NCBI GenBank assembly: GCA_944371955.1
Contig: CALVYB010000003.1
Coordinates: 1 to 48,138 of the forward strand
From: an uncultured Bacilli bacterium
Lineage (GTDB): Bacteria > Bacillota_I > Bacilli_A > RF39 > UBA660
DNA: 48,138 nucleotides
Direction: 5' to 3'
In this document: piece after piece, positions 48,015 through 48,138 of the stretch
How the letters are laid out: every line of letters starts with the position of its first letter
Numbering within the stretch: the stretch's first letter is position 1
Position numbers and translations under genes: made by a program
The notes under the pieces: generated by a model
The model's database searches: none
What the model was told of the DNA's origin: nothing
What the model saw: only the letters and a program-made list of their open reading frames with translations

Positions 48015-48138
48015 ATCAATTGTAACACTACAATAATAAAATTCTTAAATAACAAGCGTTTTTGTCAATAATTTAGGAAAATGTCCCGAAAAAAACTAAA
48101 CATTAGTGAAAAAATATGTTTATAATTTAGGCATACAC

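Noticed and set aside
1-48138. Mycoplasma-type genetic code (TGA=Trp), suggested by AT richness and DUF285-like repeats
   Set aside because: Long genes are open under code 11 with TGG for Trp, and spoVAC ends at a TGA at its expected length.

Overview
Very AT-rich chromosomal window from a Gram-positive (Bacillota-type) bacterium using the standard bacterial code (TGA is a stop). An RF39-like gut Bacilli origin is a guess from composition and gene content only. In order, it holds: (1) a pilus/adhesin locus (206-9834) with a vWA plus 21x26-aa repeat adhesin, three sortase substrates, and class C and class B sortases; (2) cell-envelope genes: LCP transferase, GH73 glucosaminidase and a kinase-less multi-PASTA protein; (3) a ~19 kb wall-polysaccharide cluster (18281-37282) with a ligase/Wzy-GT4 fusion, GT2s, GtrB/GtrII-like genes, Wzm/Wzt, GT32-GT-B plus an apparently dead paralog, a GT2-HAD-phosphoribosyltransferase (ribofuranosyltransferase-like), an AT3/SGNH pair and an LtaS-family transferase, with a divergent DAG kinase; (4) a reduced sporulation locus with Spo0A boxes, a spoIIAA-like gene lacking its phosphoacceptor Ser, NO spoIIAB, an N-terminally short sigF-like sigma and spoVAC-D-E; (5) an RNHCP protein, scpAB, tRNA-Leu(CAA) and a small accessory block (methyltransferase, DUF4272, 2H phosphoesterase). 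The best candidate for an undescribed system is the spoIIA operon, which appears to have lost the SpoIIAB/SpoIIAA phosphorylation partner switch. All family calls come from motif recognition by eye; no database searches were run.
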